DNA of 64,000 nt from Lactobacillus sp. UBA5804 (GTDB taxonomy: Bacteria; Bacillota; Bacilli; Lactobacillales; Lactobacillaceae), in contig DIDI01000037.1 of assembly GCA_002418055.1 (NCBI GenBank), forward strand, positions 51,189 through 115,188, in the 5' to 3' direction. Shown here piece by piece: positions 10,439 to 20,406 of the stretch. How positions within the stretch are numbered: the first letter of the stretch is position 1; each line of letters opens with the position of its first letter. The position numbers and the translations under genes were made by a program. The notes below the pieces were generated by a model that saw only the letters and a list, made by a program, of their open reading frames with translations, was not told where the DNA came from and searched no databases.

Positions 10439-11527
10439 TTGATAACTGAAAAAGCACCTGGAAAGTTATATATCGCCGGTGAATATGCCGTTTTAGAGCA
10501 AGATTGTCCTGCTATTTTAGTGGCAGTTGATCAATTTATAAGGGTGTCAATCTCTCCTAGTCGTAATGGCCGGGGCCTCATTTACTCTAAACAATATTCA
10601 CAAAGTGCCGTTCACTGGACGCGTCAAGGCGAAAAGATGGTCATTGACAATCGTGATAACCCATTTGAATACATTCTAGCGGCGATTGCCTATACGGAAC
10701 GATATTGCTTGGAACAACGAGTCAAAATGCGTATCTATGATTTAAATGTCAATTCTGATTTGGACTCAGCAGATGGTAAAAAGTTTGGACTGGGTTCTAG
10801 TGCTGCGGTTACTGTTGCCACGGTAAAGGCTATTTTGCACTTTTACGGGGTACGGGTGTCCAATGAACTGATTTATAAGTTATCAGCCATTTCTCACTAT
10901 TCTGTTCAGGGCAATGGTTCTGCCGGTGATATCGCAGCAAGTGTTTATGGCGGCTGGATTGCCTATCAAACTTTTGACAAGCGCTGGATTAAACGTGAAC
11001 TCGCGATTAAATCCTTGTCTGAAGTTGTCAGTGAAGCTTGGGTTGGATTAAATATTCAACTTTTAACCCCACCAGCAAGCCTTAAATTATTAATTGGTTG
11101 GAGTCAACATCCAGCTTCTACATCACAATTAGTTGATGAGATGAACGCTAATAAAGAGCAAATGGAAGCCCAATATGAGGCCTTTTTAAGGGATTCACGT
11201 GCTTGTGTTCGCCAGATGATTCAAGGCTTTTTAGACCAAGATATTCAGCTCATTCAGCGTCAAATCCGTACCAATCGCTTGCTGTTACAGCACTTTGCCC
11301 AAACGAATCAGATTGCAATTGAAATACCACGATTAACTAACTTGATTACGATTGCAGAGCGCTATGCGGGGGCAGCTAAAACCTCAGGTGCTGGTAATGG
11401 TGATTGTGGTATTGTGATTGCAGACAATCAAACTAAGGTTCACGAGCTAAAGGAAGAATGGCAAGCTAATGGTATCTTACCGTTAAACTTTCATGTCCAT
11501 TCCATTCCACTCATGTCGGAGGGCTAA
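10439..11527 (+). CDS. mvaK2: Phosphomevalonate kinase
   Basis: APGKLYIAGEY, KFGLGSSAA, KTSGAGNGDCG. Confidence 0.95.
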   Translation: MITEKAPGKLYIAGEYAVLEQDCPAILVAVDQFIRVSISPSRNGRGLIYSKQYSQSAVHWTRQGEKMVIDNRDNPFEYILAAIAYTERYCLEQRVKMRIYDLNVNSDLDSADGKKFGLGSSAAVTVATVKAILHFYGVRVSNELIYKLSAISHYSVQGNGSAGDIAASVYGGWIAYQTFDKRWIKRELAIKSLSEVVSEAWVGLNIQLLTPPASLKLLIGWSQHPASTSQLVDEMNANKEQMEAQYEAFLRDSRACVRQMIQGFLDQDIQLIQRQIRTNRLLLQHFAQTNQIAIEIPRLTNLITIAERYAGAAKTSGAGNGDCGIVIADNQTKVHELKEEWQANGILPLNFHVHSIPLMSEG

Positions 11528-11530
11528 TTT

Positions 11531-12553
11531 ATGTCAACGCGATCTGCTCGTAAAGAAGAACATCTCACTTTAGCGCACCAATTCTTCAATCAGGATAAAG
11601 CTAACAGTTTTGATCAAATGCAGTTACTACGCCCAGCTTTACCAGAATCGAGCGTTAGTCTGACTAGTATTCAAACGACCATGTTTGGAAAAACGTTGGC
11701 TGCTCCCTTCTTCATTAACGCGATGACCGGTGGTTCGAAAACATCACGCCAGATTAATGGGCAGCTCGCTGCAGTTGCGCATCGTACTAAGATTGCTATG
11801 GCGTTAGGATCTGCTAGTATTCTTGCCAAAGAGCCAGCTCAGCTAGACACTTTTACAATTGCGCGTGAAAAGAATCCAGATGGTGTCTTAATTGCGAATA
11901 TCAACCCCTTAACCTCACCACAATTGGCTCAGCAGATTGTGACAGAACTAGCAGCAGATGCGTTGCAAATTCATTTAAACGTGGTACAAGAGCTGGCAAT
12001 GCCAGAGGGTGACCGAGATTTTCATTGGCTGACTCAGCTACTCGCCATTCGCCAAGTCGTGACCAAGCCGATTATTATTAAAGAAGTCGGTAATGGGCTT
12101 GATCCGACAACCATGAAACGTTTAGCGCAAGCAGGCTTTGATTGGTTTGACGTCGCTGGTAGTGGTGGCACTAATTTTGGACAAATTGAAAATGCGCGTA
12201 ATAGCTTGCAAGATCACCATTATCTGGAGAAGGTGGGGCTACCAACAGTGGTAGCAGCTAAGCTAGCGCATCACGCAGAGGTGCCATTCATCGTTTCTGG
12301 TGGGGTCCGTCAGCCACTTGACGTCTTCAAAGGACTCGTTCTAGGTGGTAAGTATGTTGGCGTTGCGAATACTTTTTTACAGCAGTTGCGCAGTGGTGGT
12401 CCGACTGGCTTTGAAACGTTAATACGAAATTGGCAACAAGACTTAGCAGGATTGGTTGCACTTTATGGACAACATAACTTGGCAGACTTACCCAAGATTA
12501 AAGCCTATTATGATTTGGAAATGTCTAATACCTTAAAACAATTACTTAGCTAA
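11531..12553 (+). CDS. fni: Type 2 (FMN-dependent) isopentenyl-diphosphate isomerase
   Basis: RKEEH, INAMTGG, IHLN..QE..MPEGD, KEVGNG, SGGTNF. Confidence 0.95.
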   Translation: MSTRSARKEEHLTLAHQFFNQDKANSFDQMQLLRPALPESSVSLTSIQTTMFGKTLAAPFFINAMTGGSKTSRQINGQLAAVAHRTKIAMALGSASILAKEPAQLDTFTIAREKNPDGVLIANINPLTSPQLAQQIVTELAADALQIHLNVVQELAMPEGDRDFHWLTQLLAIRQVVTKPIIIKEVGNGLDPTTMKRLAQAGFDWFDVAGSGGTNFGQIENARNSLQDHHYLEKVGLPTVVAAKLAHHAEVPFIVSGGVRQPLDVFKGLVLGGKYVGVANTFLQQLRSGGPTGFETLIRNWQQDLAGLVALYGQHNLADLPKIKAYYDLEMSNTLKQLLS

Positions 12554-12586
12554 CAAAAAAACGAGTCAGACCGACTCGCTTTTTTG
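12554..12586. terminator. Bidirectional intrinsic terminator between fni and rsmF
   Basis: A-tract CGAGTC-loop-GACTCG T-tract between convergent genes. Confidence 0.8.
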
Positions 12587-12596
12587 TCGCCTTTTT

Positions 12597-13985
12597 TTAT
12601 TGGCGTAGCCCCTTGGGGTAGAAATTCTTGACCACGCCTGTGGGGCTAACTTTACCAAATGAAAAGATAGCACCCTGATAACTAACAAGTACAAAGCCAC
12701 GTAAGGTCGTGTTAACTTTTACCGTCTCACCATGCAAGTAATGTTGATAATCAGCTGCATTAATCAAGGTGACTTGATTAGTTTGGGCTTCCTGTCCAAG
12801 TACCATTGCCAGTTGATGCCCCGGTTCAAAGCGATTCTTTTTCAGCAGACCAAATTCGACGCCATTATTAATAACTTTAAAGCCTTTCATTTGTTCAGCC
12901 GGCAATACTGGCAAAAATACATGCTGTTTGCGTACGCGTAGTAGTTGTTGGTAATCACTTAGAGCAGCTGGTAATTTAAATGATTGCATCACAGCTGCTA
13001 CCAGCGCTTGCTCTTGGCGCGTGAGTGTTTCCTGATCGCGTGGTATTCGTTTTTTATGGGTGCGCTGTTTAGTGGCTGTGAGTGATTCTGGTGCCACTGA
13101 TTGAAGGACTGCTAAGAATTGTCCTTCACCGACATCATCTTGCGGCCAAAACCGTAAACAAGCTTCCAGTGCCGGATCACCACCAGCCCATTGGGGTTGA
13201 CCGTAACGAACGCTCAAGTCTCCAAGTCCCGTTACCGGCTGCAAAGTAAGCGAATAATGACTTAGTAACCAAGCCACAATGCCTTCATCTTCTTCTGGCG
13301 AAAAAGTACAAGTTGCATAAATTAAGCGGCCGCTCGGTTTAAGCATGGTTAAAGCTGATTTTAAAATTTCGCGTTGGCGCTTAGCACAGCTAGTCACATA
13401 GTCAGGCGACCAATAATTAATCGCATCAGGATTTTTACGAAACATCCCTTCCCCACTACATGGTGCATCAACCACAATACAATCAAAAAAATTAAGAAAA
13501 TGTGCTGCTAAGCTAGCCGGATCCATGTTGGTGATTAGGCTATTGCTAACACCCCACCGCTCTAAGTTCTCACGGAGTACTTTCACCCGGGATGGACTAA
13601 TTTCATTCGCTACCAACAATCCCGATCCTTGGAGTGCCTCGGCAAGCGCCGTGGTTTTTCCGCCCGGTGCAGCGCACAAGTCTAGGACACGCTCGCCTGG
13701 GTGTACCTGGGCTGCATAAGCGGGAAACATGGCCGCTGGGTCTTGTGAATAAACACGGCCACTCACCCATTCTGGATCTTGACCCGAAATTTGGCCATAA
13801 TATGCCTGTGGAATCACGGGTACAGGCGTATTTACGGCATAGGATACTGGGATTTGGGCTTTGAGTGAATTGAGCCGGAATGCCTTTTTACTAGGAGCGG
13901 CTATGGCAGCAAAAAAACGCTGTGCCTCAATCGGTCCAAGTAAGTTCAAATATTTATCTTTAAATTCTGAGGTTAAACTAGGCAT
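12597..13985 (-). CDS. rsmF: RsmF/NOL1-NOP2 family rRNA m5C methyltransferase
   Basis: DLCAAPGGKT, VDAPCSGEGMFRK, YATCTF; C-terminal PUA-like domain. Confidence 0.9.
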   Translation of the reverse strand: MPSLTSEFKDKYLNLLGPIEAQRFFAAIAAPSKKAFRLNSLKAQIPVSYAVNTPVPVIPQAYYGQISGQDPEWVSGRVYSQDPAAMFPAYAAQVHPGERVLDLCAAPGGKTTALAEALQGSGLLVANEISPSRVKVLRENLERWGVSNSLITNMDPASLAAHFLNFFDCIVVDAPCSGEGMFRKNPDAINYWSPDYVTSCAKRQREILKSALTMLKPSGRLIYATCTFSPEEDEGIVAWLLSHYSLTLQPVTGLGDLSVRYGQPQWAGGDPALEACLRFWPQDDVGEGQFLAVLQSVAPESLTATKQRTHKKRIPRDQETLTRQEQALVAAVMQSFKLPAALSDYQQLLRVRKQHVFLPVLPAEQMKGFKVINNGVEFGLLKKNRFEPGHQLAMVLGQEAQTNQVTLINAADYQHYLHGETVKVNTTLRGFVLVSYQGAIFSFGKVSPTGVVKNFYPKGLRQ

Positions 13986-14080
13986 TCATTCGACTTTCTA
14001 GGGTATGATTAATTTGGTGTTAAATATGACATCGTCCATAACTACTATCTTATTATCTCATTAAGGAAGGAACGATAGCA

Positions 14081-14572
14081 ATGCAAATTGATTTTAAGGG
14101 GAAAAACCTCAACACGTCCGGTCAAGTTCTCACTAAAGGCGCCACATTACCTCCCTTTGAGCTAGTTAATGCAGCCGCTAAGAGTATTAGCCGAGCTGAT
14201 CTTACTGGTAAATTAACGTTAATCAGTGTTGTCCCAGATATTAACACTAGCGTTTGCAGTATTTCTACCAAACACTTTAACGCAGAGGCTGATAAGTTCC
14301 CTGAAGTTAACTTTTTCACCATTTCGACCAACACGATTGCTGATCAAAAAAATTGGTGCGCGGTTGAAGGGGTGCAGCGCATGCAGCTACTCTCTGATGC
14401 CGCCCATCAATTCGGCTTGGCTATGGGTTTGTATGTCCCGGAGCTAGGAATTGATGCTCGGAGCATTTGGATTTTAGATGCTGAGGGTCAGATCATTTAT
14501 CAGGAGTTAATTAAAGTTCAGACCAATGAACCAAATTACCAAGCGGCATTAGACTTCTTAAAAACCCGGTAA
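14081..14572 (+). CDS. tpx: Thiol peroxidase (atypical 2-Cys peroxiredoxin)
   Basis: PDINTSVC (peroxidatic Cys), WC (resolving Cys), EPNY. Confidence 0.92.
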   Translation: MQIDFKGKNLNTSGQVLTKGATLPPFELVNAAAKSISRADLTGKLTLISVVPDINTSVCSISTKHFNAEADKFPEVNFFTISTNTIADQKNWCAVEGVQRMQLLSDAAHQFGLAMGLYVPELGIDARSIWILDAEGQIIYQELIKVQTNEPNYQAALDFLKTR

Positions 14573-14576
14573 CCAT

Positions 14577-14612
14577 CAAAAAAGACTTAAGTCAATGCTT
14601 AAGTCTTTTTGG
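14577..14612. terminator. Bidirectional terminator between tpx and citG
   Basis: AAAAAGACTTAAG-loop-CTTAAGTCTTTTT. Confidence 0.85.
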
Positions 14613-14617
14613 TTATG

Positions 14618-15445
14618 CTAAGCCAGCTTGCCTTCATTTAGAGCAATGAAGAGCGTACAAGCGAGTAAATCGGCACAACCACCTAAACTATAGTAATGCG
14701 CTTTAAAAGTGGCATTGAGTTTCATTAGAAAGTCCTGTCCTTTGCGGCTACGACTTCCTCCCAAAGCAAAGAATTGCGTCACTTGAGCTGCCAGCCAGAC
14801 AAGCACTTCTGGATTACCTGCCCGCTTGACAAGCGTCGAATCTGGGACCTGTCCTGCCAAGAACATAAACGTGTCTAGAATTCGCTCCTGGCGGCTACCT
14901 TGACAAGTCTCTAAGAACTTGACGGCCTGCTTCACCGCGCCATAGCCTTGCTCAGCAGCCTGACGGGCACCACCAAGTTGATACTTAATAAACTGTTGTT
15001 CACCTGCAGTATGGCCTGCCAGAGGGCTTTTAAGATCATGTGCGAGTAAGCCTTGTGTCATTGCCTGAATAATTTGGTAACAGTCTCCACCATGCGTCTT
15101 CGTATAGCTACTGGCACACACAAAGAGTCCTAAAGCAAAAATAGCCCCTTTATGGGTATTCACGCCGTGTGTTGCTTGGAGCATGACGCGTTCAGCGCCA
15201 ATACCTGCTTGGCGCAACTGGTTAAATAAGTCTGGCCAACCAGTTCCAGAAAATTGACGTCCCAATAGTTCAGCTTGGCTAAAATAAGGCTCGAGCGCGA
15301 AGCTACTATTAATAAAAGTATAAATATCCATATCGGGATGCGATCCAGTATCCGTTAAACTGACCAAGCCTGGTTTACCAGTCGTTACTACTTCGTATAA
15401 TAGTGCCCTTTCAGCGTTCATGACCAGCTTTTTCATAACTATCAT
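14618..15445 (-). CDS. citG: Triphosphoribosyl-dephospho-CoA synthase
   Basis: KPGLV, GSHPDM, GVNTHKGAIF, SLGGCADLLA. Confidence 0.92.
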   Translation of the reverse strand: MIVMKKLVMNAERALLYEVVTTGKPGLVSLTDTGSHPDMDIYTFINSSFALEPYFSQAELLGRQFSGTGWPDLFNQLRQAGIGAERVMLQATHGVNTHKGAIFALGLFVCASSYTKTHGGDCYQIIQAMTQGLLAHDLKSPLAGHTAGEQQFIKYQLGGARQAAEQGYGAVKQAVKFLETCQGSRQERILDTFMFLAGQVPDSTLVKRAGNPEVLVWLAAQVTQFFALGGSRSRKGQDFLMKLNATFKAHYYSLGGCADLLACTLFIALNEGKLA

Positions 15446-15476
15446 CCTTTTTATTCAGTACATGGGACTAATGACA

Positions 15477-15515
15477 CAAAAACCTCCAGCAATCATCTTT
15501 GACTGGGAGGCTTTG
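15477..15515 (-). terminator. Intrinsic terminator after citF
   Basis: Minus strand AAAGCCTCCCAGTC...TGCTGGAGGTTTTT. Confidence 0.65.
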
Positions 15516-15542
15516 ATTTTAAACGTGAGTAGCTTTTAAAGT

Positions 15543-17081
15543 TTAGTCTTTAACGGCTTTAATGACATCAATGACGCTACCATCACGATATTCAACCACC
15601 GCAACCGTTTGGTCAGTATAAGCCAATGGCTTAGGCTTACCAACCCGTGCTTCAGCAGCTTGTTGTAACGCCTCGATGCTGACAACGTTCAAGCCAGGCA
15701 CCTTAGTAAGGGCAGCTATTAAATCTTGCCGTGCTGGGTTAATGGCAATACCGCGCTCGGTAACCACCACATCAATCGATGAACCAGGCGTTACTACCGT
15801 TGCCACATCAGGAACAATAGTGGCATTACGGCCACGCACTAATGGTGCGGTAATAATCGTCATTTTGGCATTTGCAGCATCTTGGTGACCACCAATGGCA
15901 CCACGAATGACACCATCAGAGCCAGTCATGACATTGACATTAAATTTGGTATCAATCTGCAAAGCAGACAAGATGGCCACATCCAAGTTATTAACAACTG
16001 CACCCTTATTATGAGGATCAGCATACCACGAAGCATCGATTTCGACATGGTTAGAATTGGCAGCCATTGAAGCAGCCGATCCCTTATCGAAGTCTTGTAC
16101 ATCCATGACTTTGTCAACTAGTCCTTCGTCCATTAAATCACAAGTTGGTTTTGTAATCCCGCCTAAAGCAAAGGAAGCTTTAACGTGTTGGTCAAGCATT
16201 GACTGGCGTAAATAACGAGAAACCGCTAAAGCTGCACCACCCGTACCAGTTTGGAAAGACAAGCCGTTTTTAAAGTAAGGCGAATTAACAATGACTTGGT
16301 TAACCATTTGGGCAATTTTAAGTTCTTTAGGATCTTTCGTAAAACGTGTTGCACCGGTCCCAATCTTGTCAGGATCACCAACTTCATCCACTTTGACCAC
16401 ATAGTCAACTTGCGTTTGTTTAATTGAAGCTGGTGTACATGGATAATCAACAATGTTATCGGTTAAGAGGACTACGTGGTTGGCATATTGTGCATCCATT
16501 AAGGCATACCCAAGTGAACCAAAGACGGCCTTACCGGTTTGACCATTAGCATTACCGGCAGGGTCAGCTGCAGGAACACCTAAAAAGGCCACATCAATTT
16601 TAATTTCACCCTCTTCAATTGAGCGTGCCCGGTTACCGTGTGAACGGAAAATAACGGGTTGTTTCAAACCACCATGAGAAATGAAGTCACCTAGTGAACC
16701 ACGCATCCCTGAAGAAGTGATATTCGTAATGACCCCTTGTTTAATAGCAGCGATAATCTTATCATTCATGACACCAGTCAAGGAAGATGGTGCCAAGGTT
16801 AAATTACGGTAACCTAACGCAATAATCTGATCCATCACTTTGTTAAAGACGTAATCACCGTTCCTAAAGTGGTGGTGGAATGAAATGGTCATCCCATCCT
16901 TAAGGGTCTTCTTAATCACATCGGCAATGGAATCCACAACTTTATTTTCACCAGTCGTGATATTGACTTGGTGTCCGACGTAATTAACTTCTGGTTGACC
17001 AATTTCAACACCAGAAAATGGTTTTAAAGCTAATGATTTTAACACCGTTTCCGGGATATGACGTGCTGCCTTATTTTCCAA
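15543..17081 (-). CDS. citF: Citrate lyase alpha subunit (citrate-ACP transferase)
   Basis: [28 protein letters not shown]; likely TTG start at 17081 overlapping the citE stop. Confidence 0.96.
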   Translation of the reverse strand: MENKAARHIPETVLKSLALKPFSGVEIGQPEVNYVGHQVNITTGENKVVDSIADVIKKTLKDGMTISFHHHFRNGDYVFNKVMDQIIALGYRNLTLAPSSLTGVMNDKIIAAIKQGVITNITSSGMRGSLGDFISHGGLKQPVIFRSHGNRARSIEEGEIKIDVAFLGVPAADPAGNANGQTGKAVFGSLGYALMDAQYANHVVLLTDNIVDYPCTPASIKQTQVDYVVKVDEVGDPDKIGTGATRFTKDPKELKIAQMVNQVIVNSPYFKNGLSFQTGTGGAALAVSRYLRQSMLDQHVKASFALGGITKPTCDLMDEGLVDKVMDVQDFDKGSAASMAANSNHVEIDASWYADPHNKGAVVNNLDVAILSALQIDTKFNVNVMTGSDGVIRGAIGGHQDAANAKMTIITAPLVRGRNATIVPDVATVVTPGSSIDVVVTERGIAINPARQDLIAALTKVPGLNVVSIEALQQAAEARVGKPKPLAYTDQTVAVVEYRDGSVIDVIKAVKD

Positions 17082-17985
17082 GATAGTTACCTTCCTCATC
17101 AATTAAGTGTGAAGCTTTTGCAGTTGCTAACACACGACTTGCCTTAGCGACGATTGGCTTGTCAACCATCTTACCATTCATTGAAATCACACCTGAGCCC
17201 TTAGCTCTAGCTTCGGCAATGGCATTTTGAACGTTAAAGGCTTCTTCAATGTCAGCTTGACTTGGGTTAAAGACGCTATTAACCATTTCAATCTGGCGAG
17301 GGTTAACAAGTGATTTGCCATCGAAGCCTAATTCATGGATATAATTAGTTTCGCGGTAAAAACCTTCGGCGTCATTCATGTTTGAAAAAACCGTATCAAA
17401 AGCATATACGTCAGCAGCCCGAGCGGCTTGCAAGACCATGTTACGTGCAAACAAAAGTTCTTGACCATCAGGGTAACGCTTAGTGTGCATATCTGAAGTA
17501 TAATCTTCACCAGAAACGGCCAAGCCCATCATTAATGAAGTGGCTTCCGCAATTTCCATTGCATGCATCACGCCCTTGGCACTTTCAATGGCAGCCATCA
17601 CACCAATGCTGCCTTTTTCAATCCCATACTCTGCTTCTGCTGCTTCCACATCGTTAACCAACTTTTGTACCATCGCAGCTGATTCAGTTTTAGGAAGGCG
17701 AATGACATCAACACCAGCCTTAACGACCGCTTTGACATCCTCATCATAATACGGTGTATCTTGTCCATTGACCCTTACAACGACTTCGGAATTACCGAAA
17801 TCAACCGTTTTAATGGCCTCATAGACCAACAAACGGGCTGCGTCTTTTTCAGGTAATGAGACTGAGTCTTCAAGATCAAGCATGATTGAATCGGCACCAT
17901 AAATTCCAGCGTCTTTAATCATTGCGGGATTGTTGCCTGGCACAAACATCATTGTTCGACGTAAGCGGTCTTGTACGTAGCTCAT
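17071..17985 (-). CDS. citE: Citrate lyase beta subunit (citryl-ACP lyase)
   Basis: [32 protein letters not shown]. Confidence 0.96.
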   Translation of the reverse strand: MSYVQDRLRRTMMFVPGNNPAMIKDAGIYGADSIMLDLEDSVSLPEKDAARLLVYEAIKTVDFGNSEVVVRVNGQDTPYYDEDVKAVVKAGVDVIRLPKTESAAMVQKLVNDVEAAEAEYGIEKGSIGVMAAIESAKGVMHAMEIAEATSLMMGLAVSGEDYTSDMHTKRYPDGQELLFARNMVLQAARAADVYAFDTVFSNMNDAEGFYRETNYIHELGFDGKSLVNPRQIEMVNSVFNPSQADIEEAFNVQNAIAEARAKGSGVISMNGKMVDKPIVAKASRVLATAKASHLIDEEGNYLGK

Positions 17986-18278
17986 TAGAGCACCTCCAAT
18001 GCTGGCTTGTCAGTTGTCTTAGTAGCACGTTGTGCAGCTGCCAAAGTCCGCGCTTTAATCACGCAATCAAGGGCGCCTTTATCAACTGCCTTGACTTTCG
18101 CATCAGTTAGACCAAAACTAGTCAGCGTGGTCTTAATGACTGCCTCAATCTGATCCCCATATAATTTCTTAACTTCAGAATCTAAGTTAATTTCGATCCC
18201 GTTGTCACCCTTTGAAAGCATCACTTGGATATCAGATGATTCCAAGGTACCGGCAACGCCGGTTGTTTTAATTTCCAT
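17985..18278 (-). CDS. citD: Citrate lyase acyl carrier protein (gamma subunit)
   Basis: AGTLESSD attachment-site motif, DKGALDCVIKAR; start ATG 18278 behind GGAAGG. Confidence 0.96.
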   Translation of the reverse strand: MEIKTTGVAGTLESSDIQVMLSKGDNGIEINLDSEVKKLYGDQIEAVIKTTLTSFGLTDAKVKAVDKGALDCVIKARTLAAAQRATKTTDKPALEVL

Positions 18279-18424
18279 TAAATTCATTCCTTCCTGAACG
18301 CATACTGTTAGTTGTTGCTGCTAGGATGATGGCACTGGTGTCAAAGTCATGCATAGCAAGGCACTAACCCATTTAGCTAGGAGAAAATATGCTTTTGTGC
18401 AGCTTTTAACTTTCTCTAGTCACT

Positions 18425-18453
18425 AGTGTAGTACATTTTTTAAAAAATGTGAA
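18425..18453 (-). promoter_or_regulatory. Putative citDEF promoter with palindrome in the spacer
   Basis: TTCACA-17-TACACT on minus strand; perfect 18-bp palindrome ACATTTTTTAAAAAATGT at 18433-18450. Confidence 0.65.
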
Positions 18454-18644
18454 TAAATATTAGTATTTTTAAAATTTTTATAAATTGTAAGGCATTTCAT
18501 CACAAAAATTAACTCGTTATCTTTTCACAATGAATGACTTTTTGTATAATAGAAGAATATGTATGGACACCCTAGCTAGACAAGATTCAAGTACCTTGAT
18601 AGTAGTACCTAGCAAGGTATTGTGTCATTGTAGAAAGGACGCTT

Positions 18645-19601
18645 ATGTCAGAAAAAGATCCCTCAGAGCAGCTCGCCGAAATTGCTCGTGACTATTATAT
18701 TAGTAAACTTCCCATCACTGAGATTACCCATAAATATGATATCTCACGCTACCTCGTTGCCAAGGCTTTAGAGGAAGCTGAAAAAGGTGGTATCGTGCAA
18801 ATCAGTATCAAAGAGAGTGTCAAGCGCTTTAGTCAATATGAAGCGACCTTGAAAAAGAAGTTCAACTTAAAAGAAGTTTTTGTTTTACGTTCCCTAGATA
18901 CCACTACCCATGATAATGAAGCGCTGGTTGCTTTTGCGGCCACAACCATTCAAAATTATATTAAATCTTGTCATACAGTAGGTATGACTTGGGGTTCCAC
19001 TATCTTGGACACCATCAATAACTTTCAAGAAGCACGACGGGATGATTTGGCGTTTGTTCAATTAGCGGGCTTTTCACTGCGTCATAATAGTCCTGATGCC
19101 CCTTTTTCGTTAATTTTACGGGCATCAGACAAATTTAGAGCAACTAAAAATGCGGTTGTCGTGCCAGCGCCACTTTATATCTTCAATCCTGAGACGAAGA
19201 AAATGCTTAATCACGAGCCAATCTTTGAAAGGTTACAACATAAGTATCAGGATCTTGATTTGATTTTTACGGGACTAGGTACGGTGCAATCACTGGAATC
19301 TAATCCCGTTTGGGCAGAATATAAAGATATTATCTTTGACGGTATTGATCAGAGTAAAATTGCTGGGATGGCCTACGGCCGTGCTTATGATATTCATGGT
19401 AAAATCTTCCCTAGTGTAGAAGCTAAGGTCGTGGGTATTAATCATGAGCATCTGTTCAATACCCCGATTCGTTTTGCCATTGTTAAAAACAAATTCAAGG
19501 TCGATTCACTCCTAGGGGCTTTACGGGCCGGATTAATTACCCATCTCGTCATTAATGAGGGCATCGCCAAGCGTCTAATTCGGCGTTATCAAGCGCGCTA
19601 A
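18645..19601 (+). CDS. SorC/DeoR-family transcription regulator, CitI/CitR-like
   Basis: N-terminal HTH (IARDYY...ISRYLV...GIVQI), sugar-binding domain (GMTWGST, GALRAGLITHLV); divergent from citDEF. Confidence 0.85.
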   Translation: MSEKDPSEQLAEIARDYYISKLPITEITHKYDISRYLVAKALEEAEKGGIVQISIKESVKRFSQYEATLKKKFNLKEVFVLRSLDTTTHDNEALVAFAATTIQNYIKSCHTVGMTWGSTILDTINNFQEARRDDLAFVQLAGFSLRHNSPDAPFSLILRASDKFRATKNAVVVPAPLYIFNPETKKMLNHEPIFERLQHKYQDLDLIFTGLGTVQSLESNPVWAEYKDIIFDGIDQSKIAGMAYGRAYDIHGKIFPSVEAKVVGINHEHLFNTPIRFAIVKNKFKVDSLLGALRAGLITHLVINEGIAKRLIRRYQAR

Positions 19602-20389
19602 AACCCGTAGTGCTGCAAGAATTTCAATAACATTTGCCATAATATTTGTGGCTGCTCAGCTTGAACGACGTGACCACAATTTGAAATAACTTGCGCCGAT
19701 ACCTTAGGATTTAACCTCGCAACGGCCGAAGCAAAATGATAATCGAAATACGGTGATTGTTTCCCTGCTACTACTAGTAGGGGAATTTTTGTATCCATAA
19801 TCACATCACGCCAATCTTGAAAGGCGTGATCAACTAGCAACCGGTAATTGTCGCTGGCGCTGTATGGATAAGCGGCGTATTCGGCTTTAGCTGCCACAAC
19901 CATCTCAGTTGAAAGTGGTACGACTACCGCTCGAGCACTTTCAAGTTCTAACAATTCGGGAAAGGTGTCCCAAGTTAAGTCAGTAAAGCCATATGACCAA
20001 GTATCATCACAAATCATTTTTGGTGATTGATCTAAATCAACCATTGCTCGAAAAGCACCAGAACCATACAAATTTTGATAGGCCCAAAGCGTAGCTGCAC
20101 CCATGGAATTACCAATTCCAATGACGCCAGTTAGTCCCAGTTGCTGACAAAATTCAAACACGTCACGTGCATGAATACTCATTCGTTGCCCTTTATAAGT
20201 TCGCTGCGAACGACCTTGGTTTCTAGGATCAAGTACCAACACCCGAAAATTAGGTGTTAATAATTTCACCAAAACATCCCATAAATGGTGTGAAGCGCCA
20301 ATACCTGGTAAACAAAGAATCGGATGTTTAGTCATGTTCCCGGTGTCTGTATAACTAAGCTGAACCCCATCACTAGTTCTAAATCTCAT
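19598..20389 (-). CDS. Alpha/beta-fold hydrolase (esterase/non-heme haloperoxidase-like)
   Basis: DPRNQGRS, nucleophile elbow GNSMG, His in CGHVVQAE; ATG 20389 behind AAGGAAAG. Confidence 0.85.
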   Translation of the reverse strand: MRFRTSDGVQLSYTDTGNMTKHPILCLPGIGASHHLWDVLVKLLTPNFRVLVLDPRNQGRSQRTYKGQRMSIHARDVFEFCQQLGLTGVIGIGNSMGAATLWAYQNLYGSGAFRAMVDLDQSPKMICDDTWSYGFTDLTWDTFPELLELESARAVVVPLSTEMVVAAKAEYAAYPYSASDNYRLLVDHAFQDWRDVIMDTKIPLLVVAGKQSPYFDYHFASAVARLNPKVSAQVISNCGHVVQAEQPQILWQMLLKFLQHYGF

Positions 20390-20406
20390 CTTTCCTTGCC
20401 CCACTT

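Noticed and set aside
18268-18354. 28-codon ORF MHDFDTS...NGN upstream of and overlapping citD
   Set aside because: No RBS; the NGN* end is forced by the citD start sequence; no visible similarity to the CitC C-terminus
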